Source: Dehalococcoidia bacterium
GTDB lineage: Bacteria > Chloroflexota > Dehalococcoidia > Lucifugimonadales > Australimonadaceae
DNA length: 64,000 bases
Reading direction: 5' to 3'
NCBI GenBank assembly: GCA_965261385.1
Contig: CBDHDB010000002.1
Coordinates: 1,850,314 to 1,914,313 of the forward strand
This document shows, one piece after another, positions 54,389 through 63,357 of the stretch (position 1 is its first letter; the number at the start of each line of letters is the position of its first letter). The position numbers and the translations under genes are program-made. A model generated the notes under the pieces. That model saw only the letters and a list, made by a program, of their open reading frames with translations, made no database searches and was not told the origin of the DNA.

Positions 54389-57106
54389 ATGGGATACGCG
54401 GCGGAGGGTCAATCCCCACCACAGACCACCTGCTACACTGCCGCCATCCCTCGACTGGAGACGCCGCCTCTGCGAACGCCTGCGCTCCTCACCCTGACCC
54501 TCCTTGCGCTCGCGCTCGCCGCGTGTGAGTCAGCCCCGCCGACAGTTGCCCTCGTGGACTCCGGCGTACGCCCAACACCAACAGGTGTAGCAACGCCTGC
54601 TACGCCCGTGCCAACATCCGCAGGAACGCCTACCCCAACGCTTACGCCAACTCCAGCGCCCACCGCAACACCCACATCTACCCCCACACCTACTCCAACG
54701 GCCACCGCAACACCCACCCCAACCTCTACGCCGACCCCCACGCCAACACCCATACCTGGAAGCCACGCTGCGATTGACGTGATGCCTTGGGTTATCAATG
54801 GAGGGGAGCGGAAACGAGGGGCTGCCGACTACCTGAAGGCTATATCGAGGGTTGACAGAGAATCGGCAGCAATAATGCTCAACTTCCCCTGGATCATCGA
54901 CGGCATCACCCCGGGCGAGTTATCCGCTATCTCTCTCGTGTCAGGCATACAAAATGAAGACCCGGAGTTCGCACGAACAGTGCTCGATCAATGGTGGGTA
55001 CAAGACGACATGCCGCTGGTGGAGCAGTACGCCCTCACTGACCTCCGGAACCTCGCAAGAAGCAACCCAGCCTTGGCGTGGCAGGTTATCCGAGCTCCCT
55101 TCATGGACCCGCCCTTCCGGCTCAGGGACGAGTATGCGCTCAATGTCCTGGTGAACATGCTGTTGGAGCCGCCCGGCATTACTGTAGGCGCCGAATTGCT
55201 GTCCCAGCTCGGCACACAGCAATGGTTCAGCGACGGCCTGGATGACCGAGACGTCGTGCTCTTGTACGCAATCGCCAACAGTTCCGCTGACTATAAGCAG
55301 GCGCTTCTGCAGGCTCATCATATCAGGTCAGTAGAAGTGCAATTCCCCTTGACTGGCAACACAGACATCACCGTGGTGAGACACACCGCTTTCCCCCAGG
55401 ATGATTACACGCTTGCGGCCTTGGAGGAGGGTGTACGAGCGATAGAAGGCTTCATGGGTAGGCCGTTCCCCGTTGATGACGTGATACTGATCGTCACTGA
55501 GCCGGACATCTGGAACATAGAGGCTTCCGGAAAATTTGTCGGTGACAAAAGCGGGGGCGTTGAGGAACCGTACCTACGGGCATACATGCTCGCGAGAAAC
55601 TCTGAGTCCGGCCCAAACCGCATGACTCTCTACCACGAGCTGGGCCACTATTACCTCCTGAACGGACATGCCTGGCTTGTAGAAGGCACGGCTGAGTTGA
55701 TGCAAGCCTACACCCGGCATCAACTCGGCACGGAAAGCATCGAACAGCGGATTGACGCGATCGAAAAAGGGGGGTGCAGCAAGGAGAACATCCAACAGCA
55801 CATCGACGACGATGGCGATAACCACTGCAACTACCACCTCGGCGAGCGGTTCTTGATCGCGATGTACCAGGGTCTGGGGCCGGACGCTGTATCCGCTGCT
55901 CTGGGAGAACTGTACGACCTGTCCCAGTTCTTCGAATTTCTCGATGAAGACCTCATCTACCAGGCGTTCCTGTCCAACGCGCCGCCCGGCAAAGAAGAAA
56001 CCTTCAAGACTGCCTACCGGCAATATCACGGCGGACCAGTTGTCGACACGTCGCCTGAGGACAACCCTGACCGGACTCCGCTAATCGCTCTCTACAACGC
56101 AACCAACGGCGCGGGCTGGATAGACAACCGGAGCTGGACGAGTGCCATCCCGCTGGGCACATGGCACGGCGTAACCACCGAGTCTGGGGGGCGCGTTGGG
56201 ATACTGGATATGGACGGGAATCAGTTAGCCGGCCAGCTGCCCGGTGAGATAGGGAACCTCTCCGACCTCAGAACCCTGGGAATGGCCGACAACCAACTGA
56301 CCGGCCCGATACCCCCCACGTTGGGCAATCTCTCGGAACTCGTATCGCTACGGCTTGGTAGAAATCTCTTGACCGGGCAGATACCTCCTGAGCTTGGCGA
56401 CCTCACCAAGCTCCAGGCACTGTACCTTGAGGAGAATCAACTGACCGGAGAGATACCTCAGGCGCTGGTAGGCATGACCAGCATGCGGCTCCTAGACCTC
56501 CAACTAAACCAGCTGACCGGCCCGGTACCTGCTGAACTCAGCCGTCTGTCCAACCTTGAATCCCTGAAGCTCGGCAGTAACCAGTTGAGCGGAGAGATAC
56601 CCCCCGAACTGGGGAACCTTTCGAACCTTATTCGGCTGGACCTCGAGAAGAACCGACTGAGCGGGCAGATTCCTTCTCAACTGGGCAATCTCTCCCGCAT
56701 CGAAAGGCTGCGCTTCTGGGAGAACAACCTGACTGGAAACATCCCGCCTGAATTGGCGAATCTCCCCAACCTCGGCAGCCTGGAACTGAACGACAACCAA
56801 TTGACCGGAGAGATACCCGCTGCGTTGGGCATGCTCCCCAAGCTTCGAGTACTGAGGCTGCACAGGAACCAACTTAGTGGAGAGATACCCAGCGAACTGG
56901 GGAACCTCTCGGAGCTTTGGGCGCTGGACCTCAGCAACAACGAGCTGACCGGAGAGATTCCGCAAGAACTGGCACGCCTCTCCAACTTAGACAAGTTGTA
57001 CCTCGCAGGAAACCAGTTGACCGGGTGCATACCCGATGGGTTGCGCCATATCCCTGAGAACGACCTCTCCCAGCTCGGCCTGCCGTTCTGTGCTGCCTCT
57101 CCGTAG
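54389..57106 (+). CDS. lipoprotein: Pro/Thr linker + Peptidase_MA-like (HExxH...EGxAE) domain + 12 plant-type leucine-rich repeats
   Basis: Lipobox LALAAC and a PT linker of about 70 aa. LYHELGHYYLLNGHAWLVEGTAELMQAY is a gluzincin/Peptidase_MA_2-like motif. An LRRNT-like cap (LIALYNATNGAGW...W.GVTT..GRV) precedes 12 units of 24 aa, L..L.L..N.L(T/S)G.IP.ELG.L. The start is uncertain (ATG 54389 chosen). G+C is low (54841-54900 = 28/60). Confidence 0.85.
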   Translation: MGYAAEGQSPPQTTCYTAAIPRLETPPLRTPALLTLTLLALALAACESAPPTVALVDSGVRPTPTGVATPATPVPTSAGTPTPTLTPTPAPTATPTSTPTPTPTATATPTPTSTPTPTPTPIPGSHAAIDVMPWVINGGERKRGAADYLKAISRVDRESAAIMLNFPWIIDGITPGELSAISLVSGIQNEDPEFARTVLDQWWVQDDMPLVEQYALTDLRNLARSNPALAWQVIRAPFMDPPFRLRDEYALNVLVNMLLEPPGITVGAELLSQLGTQQWFSDGLDDRDVVLLYAIANSSADYKQALLQAHHIRSVEVQFPLTGNTDITVVRHTAFPQDDYTLAALEEGVRAIEGFMGRPFPVDDVILIVTEPDIWNIEASGKFVGDKSGGVEEPYLRAYMLARNSESGPNRMTLYHELGHYYLLNGHAWLVEGTAELMQAYTRHQLGTESIEQRIDAIEKGGCSKENIQQHIDDDGDNHCNYHLGERFLIAMYQGLGPDAVSAALGELYDLSQFFEFLDEDLIYQAFLSNAPPGKEETFKTAYRQYHGGPVVDTSPEDNPDRTPLIALYNATNGAGWIDNRSWTSAIPLGTWHGVTTESGGRVGILDMDGNQLAGQLPGEIGNLSDLRTLGMADNQLTGPIPPTLGNLSELVSLRLGRNLLTGQIPPELGDLTKLQALYLEENQLTGEIPQALVGMTSMRLLDLQLNQLTGPVPAELSRLSNLESLKLGSNQLSGEIPPELGNLSNLIRLDLEKNRLSGQIPSQLGNLSRIERLRFWENNLTGNIPPELANLPNLGSLELNDNQLTGEIPAALGMLPKLRVLRLHRNQLSGEIPSELGNLSELWALDLSNNELTGEIPQELARLSNLDKLYLAGNQLTGCIPDGLRHIPENDLSQLGLPFCAASP
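56200..57035 (+). repeat. 72-nt periodic coding repeats (12 LRR units)
   Basis: The recurring AACCAGCTGACCGG(A/C)GAGATACC-type segments encode NQLTGEIP. Confidence 0.85.
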
Positions 57107-57452
57107 GTCCTCCTGTGGGGCATAGCGGTCACCTCTATTCGCAGGCGTCCCCCACTGTGACACCCGCCCCTTACGCCATCGCCCCGCGACCGCGTACGCT
57201 GTCTGCGACGGCATGGCGTCGGAGGCGGACTACCCCGGCGCAAGGGGTGGGCTTCAGAGAGGGCGCACCTCTGCCACGGGTGTCCGTACGAGTAAACCGG
57301 CATGCCCCTTACGGGCCATCCGCGCTCATTCGCGAGCAGGCCGCACTCATCGCCGATCGTTCTCCGCTCATTCCGTTCCACCCGCGGGGCGCAAGTGGGT
57401 GGCCGCCATCCCTGCTCATCCTGTCCACCCACGTCGGTTCAGGTTCGGCAAG

Positions 57453-57481
57453 TTGACACGCCACACGGCCCGTCATAGTGT
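57453..57481 (+). promoter_or_regulatory. possible promoter of the amidohydrolase-SDR-methyltransferase operon
   Basis: TTGACA (57453-57458), 17 nt spacer, TAGTGT (57476-57481). AAGGAGG lies upstream of ATG 57517. Confidence 0.3.
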
Positions 57482-57516
57482 CGCACGCGCGAATCCCAAG
57501 GAGGAGAGATGCTGCC

Positions 57517-58608
57517 ATGAGCAACCCAGAGTGGAGCGCTCCGGTCATCGACTGTGACGGCCACCTCGTCGAGTCCATCCCAGAGATGGCGGAGTACCTC
57601 GACCCCATCGCCCGCAAGATGGCGACAAACCCCGGACGCAACAGGTCCGGCGTGTTCCCCGGCCTGGACGGGATCCACTACCCCCGCGAGGCTGAGATTC
57701 CTGACGAGCAGAAAGCGAAAGCCCGTCAATACGTGACCGCCAGTGAGCACCGGAAGGGCTCCGGCGAGGACATCGTCGCTTTTCAGGAGAAGGCGGGTGT
57801 CGAGGCGTCGGTCCTCTTCGCGTCCGAGGCGCTTTCTGTCGGCTTCATTCAGCAGACCGACTACGCAGTGCGAGTATGCCGGGGGTACAACGACTACGTG
57901 GCCGACCGCTACCGCCGGGTCAGCGACACGCTCTATCCGCTGGGTATCATCCCGATGCAGAACGCGGAAGAAGCGGTCGTTGAGCTACGGCGGGCGGTCA
58001 ACGACCTTGGACTCAGGGGAGCGATGCTGCCGTCGCTGGGCTTGCCGCTCCACCTGGGGCACGACTACTACTGGCCGGTCTACAAAGAGGCCGCCGAGCT
58101 TGGCGCGGTCCTGGGCATTCACGGCGGCTCCAGCATCGGCTTCGGAATAGACACGTTCACCAGCCCTTGGGCTGCCCGCAGTATCCGCCATCCCGTGCCC
58201 CTGCTCCTCGCGATGGCCTCGTTTGTCGGCCACGGCGTGTTCGACCGCTACCCAGACTTCAAGATCGGCTTCTTCGAAGGCGGGGCGGCCTGGCCCGCCC
58301 TCCTGCTCGACCGCATGGAGCGCGACGACGAGGTCTACACCACCGGTACGGGAACGGCGCGACATCTGCGCTCCTACTTCGAGGGCGGCAACGTCCTCAT
58401 CGGCTGCGAGGGCAACGAGGACATCCTCACCTACCTCACGGACAAGGTCGGCATAGAAGCGTTCGCGTGGGCGTCGGACTACCCGCATGAGGTGGACGTC
58501 GTCGCCGCAAACAACATGATCCAGGAAACGTTCGAGCGGACGGACATGAGCGCCGAGCACAAGGCCGCCGTCATGGGCGGCAACGCGAGGCGCTTCTTTG
58601 ACCTCTAG
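57517..58608 (+). CDS. Amidohydrolase_2 family protein
   Basis: VIDCDGHLVE near the N-terminus and WASDYPHEVD near the C-terminus. Confidence 0.85.
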   Translation: MSNPEWSAPVIDCDGHLVESIPEMAEYLDPIARKMATNPGRNRSGVFPGLDGIHYPREAEIPDEQKAKARQYVTASEHRKGSGEDIVAFQEKAGVEASVLFASEALSVGFIQQTDYAVRVCRGYNDYVADRYRRVSDTLYPLGIIPMQNAEEAVVELRRAVNDLGLRGAMLPSLGLPLHLGHDYYWPVYKEAAELGAVLGIHGGSSIGFGIDTFTSPWAARSIRHPVPLLLAMASFVGHGVFDRYPDFKIGFFEGGAAWPALLLDRMERDDEVYTTGTGTARHLRSYFEGGNVLIGCEGNEDILTYLTDKVGIEAFAWASDYPHEVDVVAANNMIQETFERTDMSAEHKAAVMGGNARRFFDL

Positions 58609-58617
58609 GAGGCTGAC

Positions 58618-59370
58618 ATGCTGGAAGGAAAGGTAGCAATCATATCGGGCGCGGGCCCGAACATCGGACGAGAAATCGCCGGCACGCTGGCCGGTAGCGG
58701 CGCGAGCGTCGTCTGCATGGACATGCGCGGCGAGGCCGCGGAGGCGACGGCCCGGGAAGTCGTCGACCGGGGCTACGAGGCCATCGCCGTTCAGGGAGAC
58801 ATCACCCGCGCGGAGGACATGGAGAACTTGGTCGCGCAGGCCATCGCCGCCTACGGGCATATCGACATACTCGTGAACAACGCGGCCATCACCAATTCCG
58901 CGGGGCTTCTCGACGAGAACTTGGACACCTTCAGGAAGGTCGTCGACGTCATCCTTGCGGGGACGTTCAACTGTACGCAGCACGTCGCCAAGCAGATGGT
59001 CGCCCAGGGCAGCGGCGGGGCTATCGTCAATATCGCCTCGACCTCCGGACACCGGGGCAAGTCGGGCGCAATCGCATATCAGTCGGCCAAAGCCGGCATT
59101 CTCAACTTCACCCGGGCATGCGCCGTGGAGCTCGCGCCCCACGACATCCGCGTAAACTCGGTTACTCCGACGCAGACGGGCATGCCGGTCGGCGGCAGGC
59201 CCGCGCGCCCCGACAGCGAAAGGCCCCAGAGCGTTCCTCGCGGCCGTTGGGGACGGCCCAAGGACCAGGCGCAGGCCGTTCTCTTCCTCGTTTCCGACAA
59301 CGCTGACTTCATTACCGGAGCAGACCTACCGGTGGACGGCGGCAACCTGGCCGTCCGCATCTCAGGCTAA
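58618..59370 (+). CDS. SDR family oxidoreductase
   Basis: KVAIISGAGPNIGREIA, NNAAI and YQSAKAG. Confidence 0.9.
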   Translation: MLEGKVAIISGAGPNIGREIAGTLAGSGASVVCMDMRGEAAEATAREVVDRGYEAIAVQGDITRAEDMENLVAQAIAAYGHIDILVNNAAITNSAGLLDENLDTFRKVVDVILAGTFNCTQHVAKQMVAQGSGGAIVNIASTSGHRGKSGAIAYQSAKAGILNFTRACAVELAPHDIRVNSVTPTQTGMPVGGRPARPDSERPQSVPRGRWGRPKDQAQAVLFLVSDNADFITGADLPVDGGNLAVRISG

Positions 59371-59381
59371 GGAGGCGCACG

Positions 59382-60134
59382 ATGACCACGCAACACCAAG
59401 GCCACGGCGAGCAACCAGGACTCCCATGGGGCCACTCTTGGAAAGAGGAGGACCGCGTCGCGGACTACGTCGAGCGGATGGATGAGCAGGACGCCGAGCG
59501 CCAGCCCGTCTTCGATCTGCTGACCCGCCTCGTGCAGGCGGAGCAGCACGCGCCGGTCCGGATACTCGACATCGGGACGGGCTACGGACCCGTCGCGACG
59601 GCGTGCCTCGACGCCTTCCCCAACGCCACGGCAATCGGCCTAGACGTGTCGGAGGCGATGATGGAGGCGGGCAGGCCGCGCATGGCCCGGTTCGGCGAGC
59701 GGTTCGCCTATATGCACGGCGACTTCGCGGAAGGCGTGCTGCCGCCACAGGCAGTCGCAGCAGGGCCTTACGACCTAGTCGTCTCCGCTCGCGCCATCCA
59801 CCACCTGCCGGCCGAGCTGATGGCCAGCCTCTACGCGAGCATTCACGAATCCCTCACGCCGGGCGGCTCGTTCTTCAACCTCGACACTGCCTCGCCGGCA
59901 ACAGACTTCCTCAACAACGTGGGCCGCGGGGCGCGCAGACGCGGTCGCGACGAGAACCGCGCGCCCCGCGAGGAGCGGCGCACGCCGGAACAGATCGCCC
60001 ATGACGCGATGCACCATCACCGGGACGCCACCCTCGCCCGTCACCTGGAGTGGCTAAGCGCAGCAGGCTTCGCGGAAGTCGACTGCTTCTGGAAGAACCT
60101 CTCGCTCGCTCTCGTGGGAGGGTTTAAGGGATAG
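59382..60134 (+). CDS. class I SAM-dependent methyltransferase
   Basis: VRILDIGTGYGPV motif I and YDLVVSARAIHHL. Confidence 0.85.
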   Translation: MTTQHQGHGEQPGLPWGHSWKEEDRVADYVERMDEQDAERQPVFDLLTRLVQAEQHAPVRILDIGTGYGPVATACLDAFPNATAIGLDVSEAMMEAGRPRMARFGERFAYMHGDFAEGVLPPQAVAAGPYDLVVSARAIHHLPAELMASLYASIHESLTPGGSFFNLDTASPATDFLNNVGRGARRRGRDENRAPREERRTPEQIAHDAMHHHRDATLARHLEWLSAAGFAEVDCFWKNLSLALVGGFKG

Positions 60135-60167
60135 GTGGCGAGAGCCAAGTTTCTGAATACTGAACTG

Positions 60168-60196
60168 TTGACATAACTACTGTTATGGTGTAGCTT
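60168..60196 (+). promoter_or_regulatory. possible promoter giving a leaderless transcript of the HTH/NYN-like gene
   Basis: TTGACA (60168-60173), 17 nt spacer, TAGCTT (60191-60196), and ATG only 6 nt further on (60203). No SD sequence is present. Confidence 0.35.
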
Positions 60197-60202
60197 CTTG
60201 GC

Positions 60203-60910
60203 ATGACGCCAGTGAAGCCCGGTAGCTACCTGTTCCGCAAGGAAAGCATCGCCGAACTCCGGCAACGGCTTGGCTTATCACAGGCCGCTATGGCGAAACG
60301 GCTTGATGTGCCCAAGAACACCGTCTCGCGCTGGGAGACTGGAGCGACCACCCCCGACGGCGAGTCACTGGCGGCTATCTACTCGCTCGGAATGGAGGTC
60401 GGCGTGCAGGCGCAGTTCTTCACTCCGGTGAGGCAGAGAGCGCCGGTGCGAGATACTGCCGCGCTCGTCTACTGGGATATCCCTCTCTATTTGCCAGGCA
60501 TCGGGAGCCTGGAGCAAATGGACAGATCCATCAAGGACGAAGTGCGTCGACGCTCCCCCTCCGCCAAGCGCGAACTCTTCAAGGCCTTTCTCCCCTACTC
60601 AAATTCCAGTGCAAGCACTCTGCTCGAAAACCTCGGATGGCGCGTCTGGGAACCAGAGATCCCATTCCAATACGACTGGACCAACGACGTCTACGAGCAT
60701 GCGCTCAGTGACCAGGGGCAGAATCCGGCCGCCTCGGTCGTTTTCCTGATAACGACGGACACGCGCCACGTAGACCTCATCGAAGAGCTGAGGGGTAGAA
60801 AGGTGCCTGTCTATCTCATCGCACCGCGCAACACGGGAACGTTCTCACTCCCTGTCAGTTCCGAGCTCGTAGCAGCTATCCCCAAGAAGCGCTTTATCGA
60901 ACTCACCTAG
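60203..60910 (+). CDS. XRE-family HTH domain fused to a NYN/LabA-like domain
   Basis: The N-terminus LRQRLGLSQAAMAKRLDVPKNTVSRWETG is a classic XRE HTH. The C-terminus (ALVYWDI...; ASVVFLITTDTRHVDLIEELRGRKVPVYLIAP) follows the NYN pattern (fiD...; vlvSgDsDf.pl...lr..Gk.V.v), but with altered acidic residues. Confidence 0.65.
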   Translation: MTPVKPGSYLFRKESIAELRQRLGLSQAAMAKRLDVPKNTVSRWETGATTPDGESLAAIYSLGMEVGVQAQFFTPVRQRAPVRDTAALVYWDIPLYLPGIGSLEQMDRSIKDEVRRRSPSAKRELFKAFLPYSNSSASTLLENLGWRVWEPEIPFQYDWTNDVYEHALSDQGQNPAASVVFLITTDTRHVDLIEELRGRKVPVYLIAPRNTGTFSLPVSSELVAAIPKKRFIELT

Positions 60911-60987
60911 CCCTATTCTTCTCTCCTCCCACCCTCACCCCACAACCCGCTACAATCGTTCGGCCGTAGCTTCGGCCGAGGTGTGGC

Positions 60988-62106
60988 TTGACCACTGCGA
61001 ACCCTGACGTCGTCATCATTGGCGGGGGCATCGTCGGCATCGCCGCCGCGTACTACCTCGCGGGGATGGGCGTACGGAGCACCGTCATCGAGAAGGACGG
61101 CATCGCCAGCCACGCCTCCGGGTTCGCCTACGGCGGCCTCTCCGGCGGCGTGCCCAACGGCCCCCAGCACAACACCGCAATCATCGAGTACAGCATGGGC
61201 CTCTATCCCGTCCTTGCGCGGGCGCTGGCTGAAGAGACCGACGTCGACATCCAGTACCAGGACCGTCCGCTGCTGAGGCTCGCGCTCTCCGACGACGAGG
61301 CCGTTACGCTGACAAGGAATCTCGACTGGCAGCAGGCGCAGCGCGGATACAAGGTCGAGTGGCTCGACCCCGCCGCCGCCCGCGGGCTGGAGCCGCGCAT
61401 ATCCTCCGAGACTGTCGGCGCGCTCCACGTCGAGGGAGGGTCGGACGTCGAGCCATACCGCCTGACGCTGGCGCTCGCGCAAGCCGCCGAGAAGCGAGGG
61501 GCCTCCATCCGAACGGGCGAGGTCACGGCAATCCATCATCACGACGGGAAGCTGCTCGGCGTTGCGCTCGGGAGCGAACAGGTGGCTTGTGGAGCGGTCC
61601 TCGTCGCGATGGGGCCTTGGAGCGCGCAGGCCGAGTCCTGGTTCGGCATGCGGCTGCCGGTGCGGCCGCTCAAGGGCCAGATCATCCGGCTGCGAGCTGG
61701 GGGCGCCCCCTACGCACTGAGCATCGGCCACGGCTCGAACTACGCCATGACCAAGCCGTCCGACGGGCTGGTCTGGTGCGGCACGACCGAGGAGGAGGTC
61801 GGGTTCGACGAGTCCCGAACGACCCAGGCCCGCGACCAGATCATCGAGTCCACGCTGCGGATGCTGCCCGCCCTGGAGGACGCGGAGGTTGTCCTGCAGA
61901 CCGCCTGCCTACGGCCGGTCGCGGAGGACGGCGCCATCGTCTTGGGCGCTGTCCCCGGCGTCGAGGGCGCGTACATCGCGACCGGCGGAGGCCGGCAGGG
62001 AATCATGATGGGGCCGGGAATGGCCAAGGCGGCCGCGGACCTCATCGTGAACGGCTCCACGGAGGCCGACATCGGACGCTACGAGCCCGGCCGCTTTTCC
62101 CAATGA
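60988..62106 (+). CDS. FAD-dependent oxidoreductase (DAO/glycine oxidase family)
   Basis: DVVIIGGGIVGIAAAYYLA dinucleotide-binding motif. TTG start. TACAAT at 60951-60956 is a possible -10 box. Confidence 0.85.
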   Translation: MTTANPDVVIIGGGIVGIAAAYYLAGMGVRSTVIEKDGIASHASGFAYGGLSGGVPNGPQHNTAIIEYSMGLYPVLARALAEETDVDIQYQDRPLLRLALSDDEAVTLTRNLDWQQAQRGYKVEWLDPAAARGLEPRISSETVGALHVEGGSDVEPYRLTLALAQAAEKRGASIRTGEVTAIHHHDGKLLGVALGSEQVACGAVLVAMGPWSAQAESWFGMRLPVRPLKGQIIRLRAGGAPYALSIGHGSNYAMTKPSDGLVWCGTTEEEVGFDESRTTQARDQIIESTLRMLPALEDAEVVLQTACLRPVAEDGAIVLGAVPGVEGAYIATGGGRQGIMMGPGMAKAAADLIVNGSTEADIGRYEPGRFSQ

Positions 62107-63341
62107 CCCAGGAGCACCCGCCGGACGGGGACAGCCGCACGGAGTCCCGCGCCGTCCTGCTCATCTACGCGTCGTCGTTCTCCTACCAGATCACCCTCGG
62201 CCTCATCCAGGTCCTCGTACCGCTGTACGCGCTACACCTCGGCTACGACCTCGCCACGCTGGGCATCATCGTCGCTTCGCAGGCCGTGTTCGGACTGGTC
62301 CTCCGCCTATTCGCGGGGGCGATAGCCGACCAGTTCGGGGAGCGCTGGGTGCTCTGGGCGAGCTTCATCACCATGTTCACGGGCATGGCGTTCTTCGTCG
62401 TCTCCGGGGCGTTCTGGATGCTCGTTCTCGGCCAGTCATTCGTGGGCTACTCGCGCGCGACCTACTGGACGGCGACCCAGTCCTACGTGAGCCGCATCAA
62501 CCCGGCGCGGTCGGGAGAGATATACGGGCGCGTAAACGGGGCCGGCAGCGCGGGCGGAGTCATCGGCGCTTTCCTCAGCGGCTTGCTCATCACCACCCTG
62601 GGCTACGGCCCGGCATTCGCCATCACCGGCGCCGTAGCGCTCGCCGGGTTCGCAGGCAGTCTTGCGCTGCCGCCGCTGGCGGCTCGGTCGGCGCGGCGCG
62701 GCTTCCGCGCGCCCCTCGCGCAGGTCCCCGGCATCGCCCGGCATCGGGGCATGGGTCTCGGCGGATTCGCCGCGTTCGCCGCCTCCACCGCCATGATTAT
62801 GCCGGCCGTGCTCTTCATTCCATACCTGGATGAGCTCGGCTATAGCGAGGCCGCCACCGGAGGCATGCAGGCCGTCAGCGTCGGCGGAAGCGTCGCCGTC
62901 GGCATGGCGTTCGGCCATATCCTCGCGCGGCTGGGGCGGCGCTGGATGTACACGACAGCGCTCCTCATGGCGGGGCTCACGGTGCTCGGCCTATCAGTGG
63001 GCGCGGGCGTGTACGCGACGCTCGTGCCGCTCATGATCGCCTACGGCCTCTTCCGAGCGGCGCTCGGCATTCTCTACCCAATCGCGGCATCAGACCACAG
63101 TGCGACGAGCCAGCGGGGCATGGCGATGGCCTACGTCGGCCTCTATTGGGGCACGGCGCAGGTCGTAATCCCCTTGGGATTCGGAGCGCTCGCGGCCGCC
63201 GCCGGCATTCAGGCGAGCCTTTGGGCCGCAGGCGCGCTCTTTATCGCAGCGGGGGCGCTCTTTCCGCTGCTCTACCGCTGGTTCGTCCCCGGCGCGGAGC
63301 AGACCTTGGGGGAGCCCGTCCAGGCCGGCCGGGGAGCTTGA
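62103..63341 (+). CDS. MFS transporter
   Basis: ATG 62103 overlaps the upstream stop (ATGA). Multi-TM. The N-terminal part of track ORF 61359 is an out-of-frame overlay of the oxidoreductase gene. Confidence 0.85.
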   Translation: MTQEHPPDGDSRTESRAVLLIYASSFSYQITLGLIQVLVPLYALHLGYDLATLGIIVASQAVFGLVLRLFAGAIADQFGERWVLWASFITMFTGMAFFVVSGAFWMLVLGQSFVGYSRATYWTATQSYVSRINPARSGEIYGRVNGAGSAGGVIGAFLSGLLITTLGYGPAFAITGAVALAGFAGSLALPPLAARSARRGFRAPLAQVPGIARHRGMGLGGFAAFAASTAMIMPAVLFIPYLDELGYSEAATGGMQAVSVGGSVAVGMAFGHILARLGRRWMYTTALLMAGLTVLGLSVGAGVYATLVPLMIAYGLFRAALGILYPIAASDHSATSQRGMAMAYVGLYWGTAQVVIPLGFGALAAAAGIQASLWAAGALFIAAGALFPLLYRWFVPGAEQTLGEPVQAGRGA

Positions 63342-63357
63342 CCCAAGCGGCGCAGGC

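Noticed and set aside
57320-57420. Four copies of a GC(T/A)CTCAT(T/C) motif, considered as possible iterons or operator sites
   Set aside because: The motif is short and degenerate, the spacing is irregular (about 20, 22 and 48 nt) and there is no dyad symmetry. I cannot distinguish it from chance without genome-wide statistics.
56677-57641. Minus-strand ORFs 56677-57432 and 57309-57641 in and after the LRR gene
   Set aside because: They are antisense to the LRR repeats or lie in an intergenic spacer. They have low-complexity translations and no start context.
61359-62102. N-terminal 248 codons of the 660-aa ORF 61359-63341
   Set aside because: This is an Arg/Gly/Pro-rich out-of-frame overlay of the FAD oxidoreductase gene. 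The MFS protein starts at ATG 62103, overlapping the upstream stop (ATGA).
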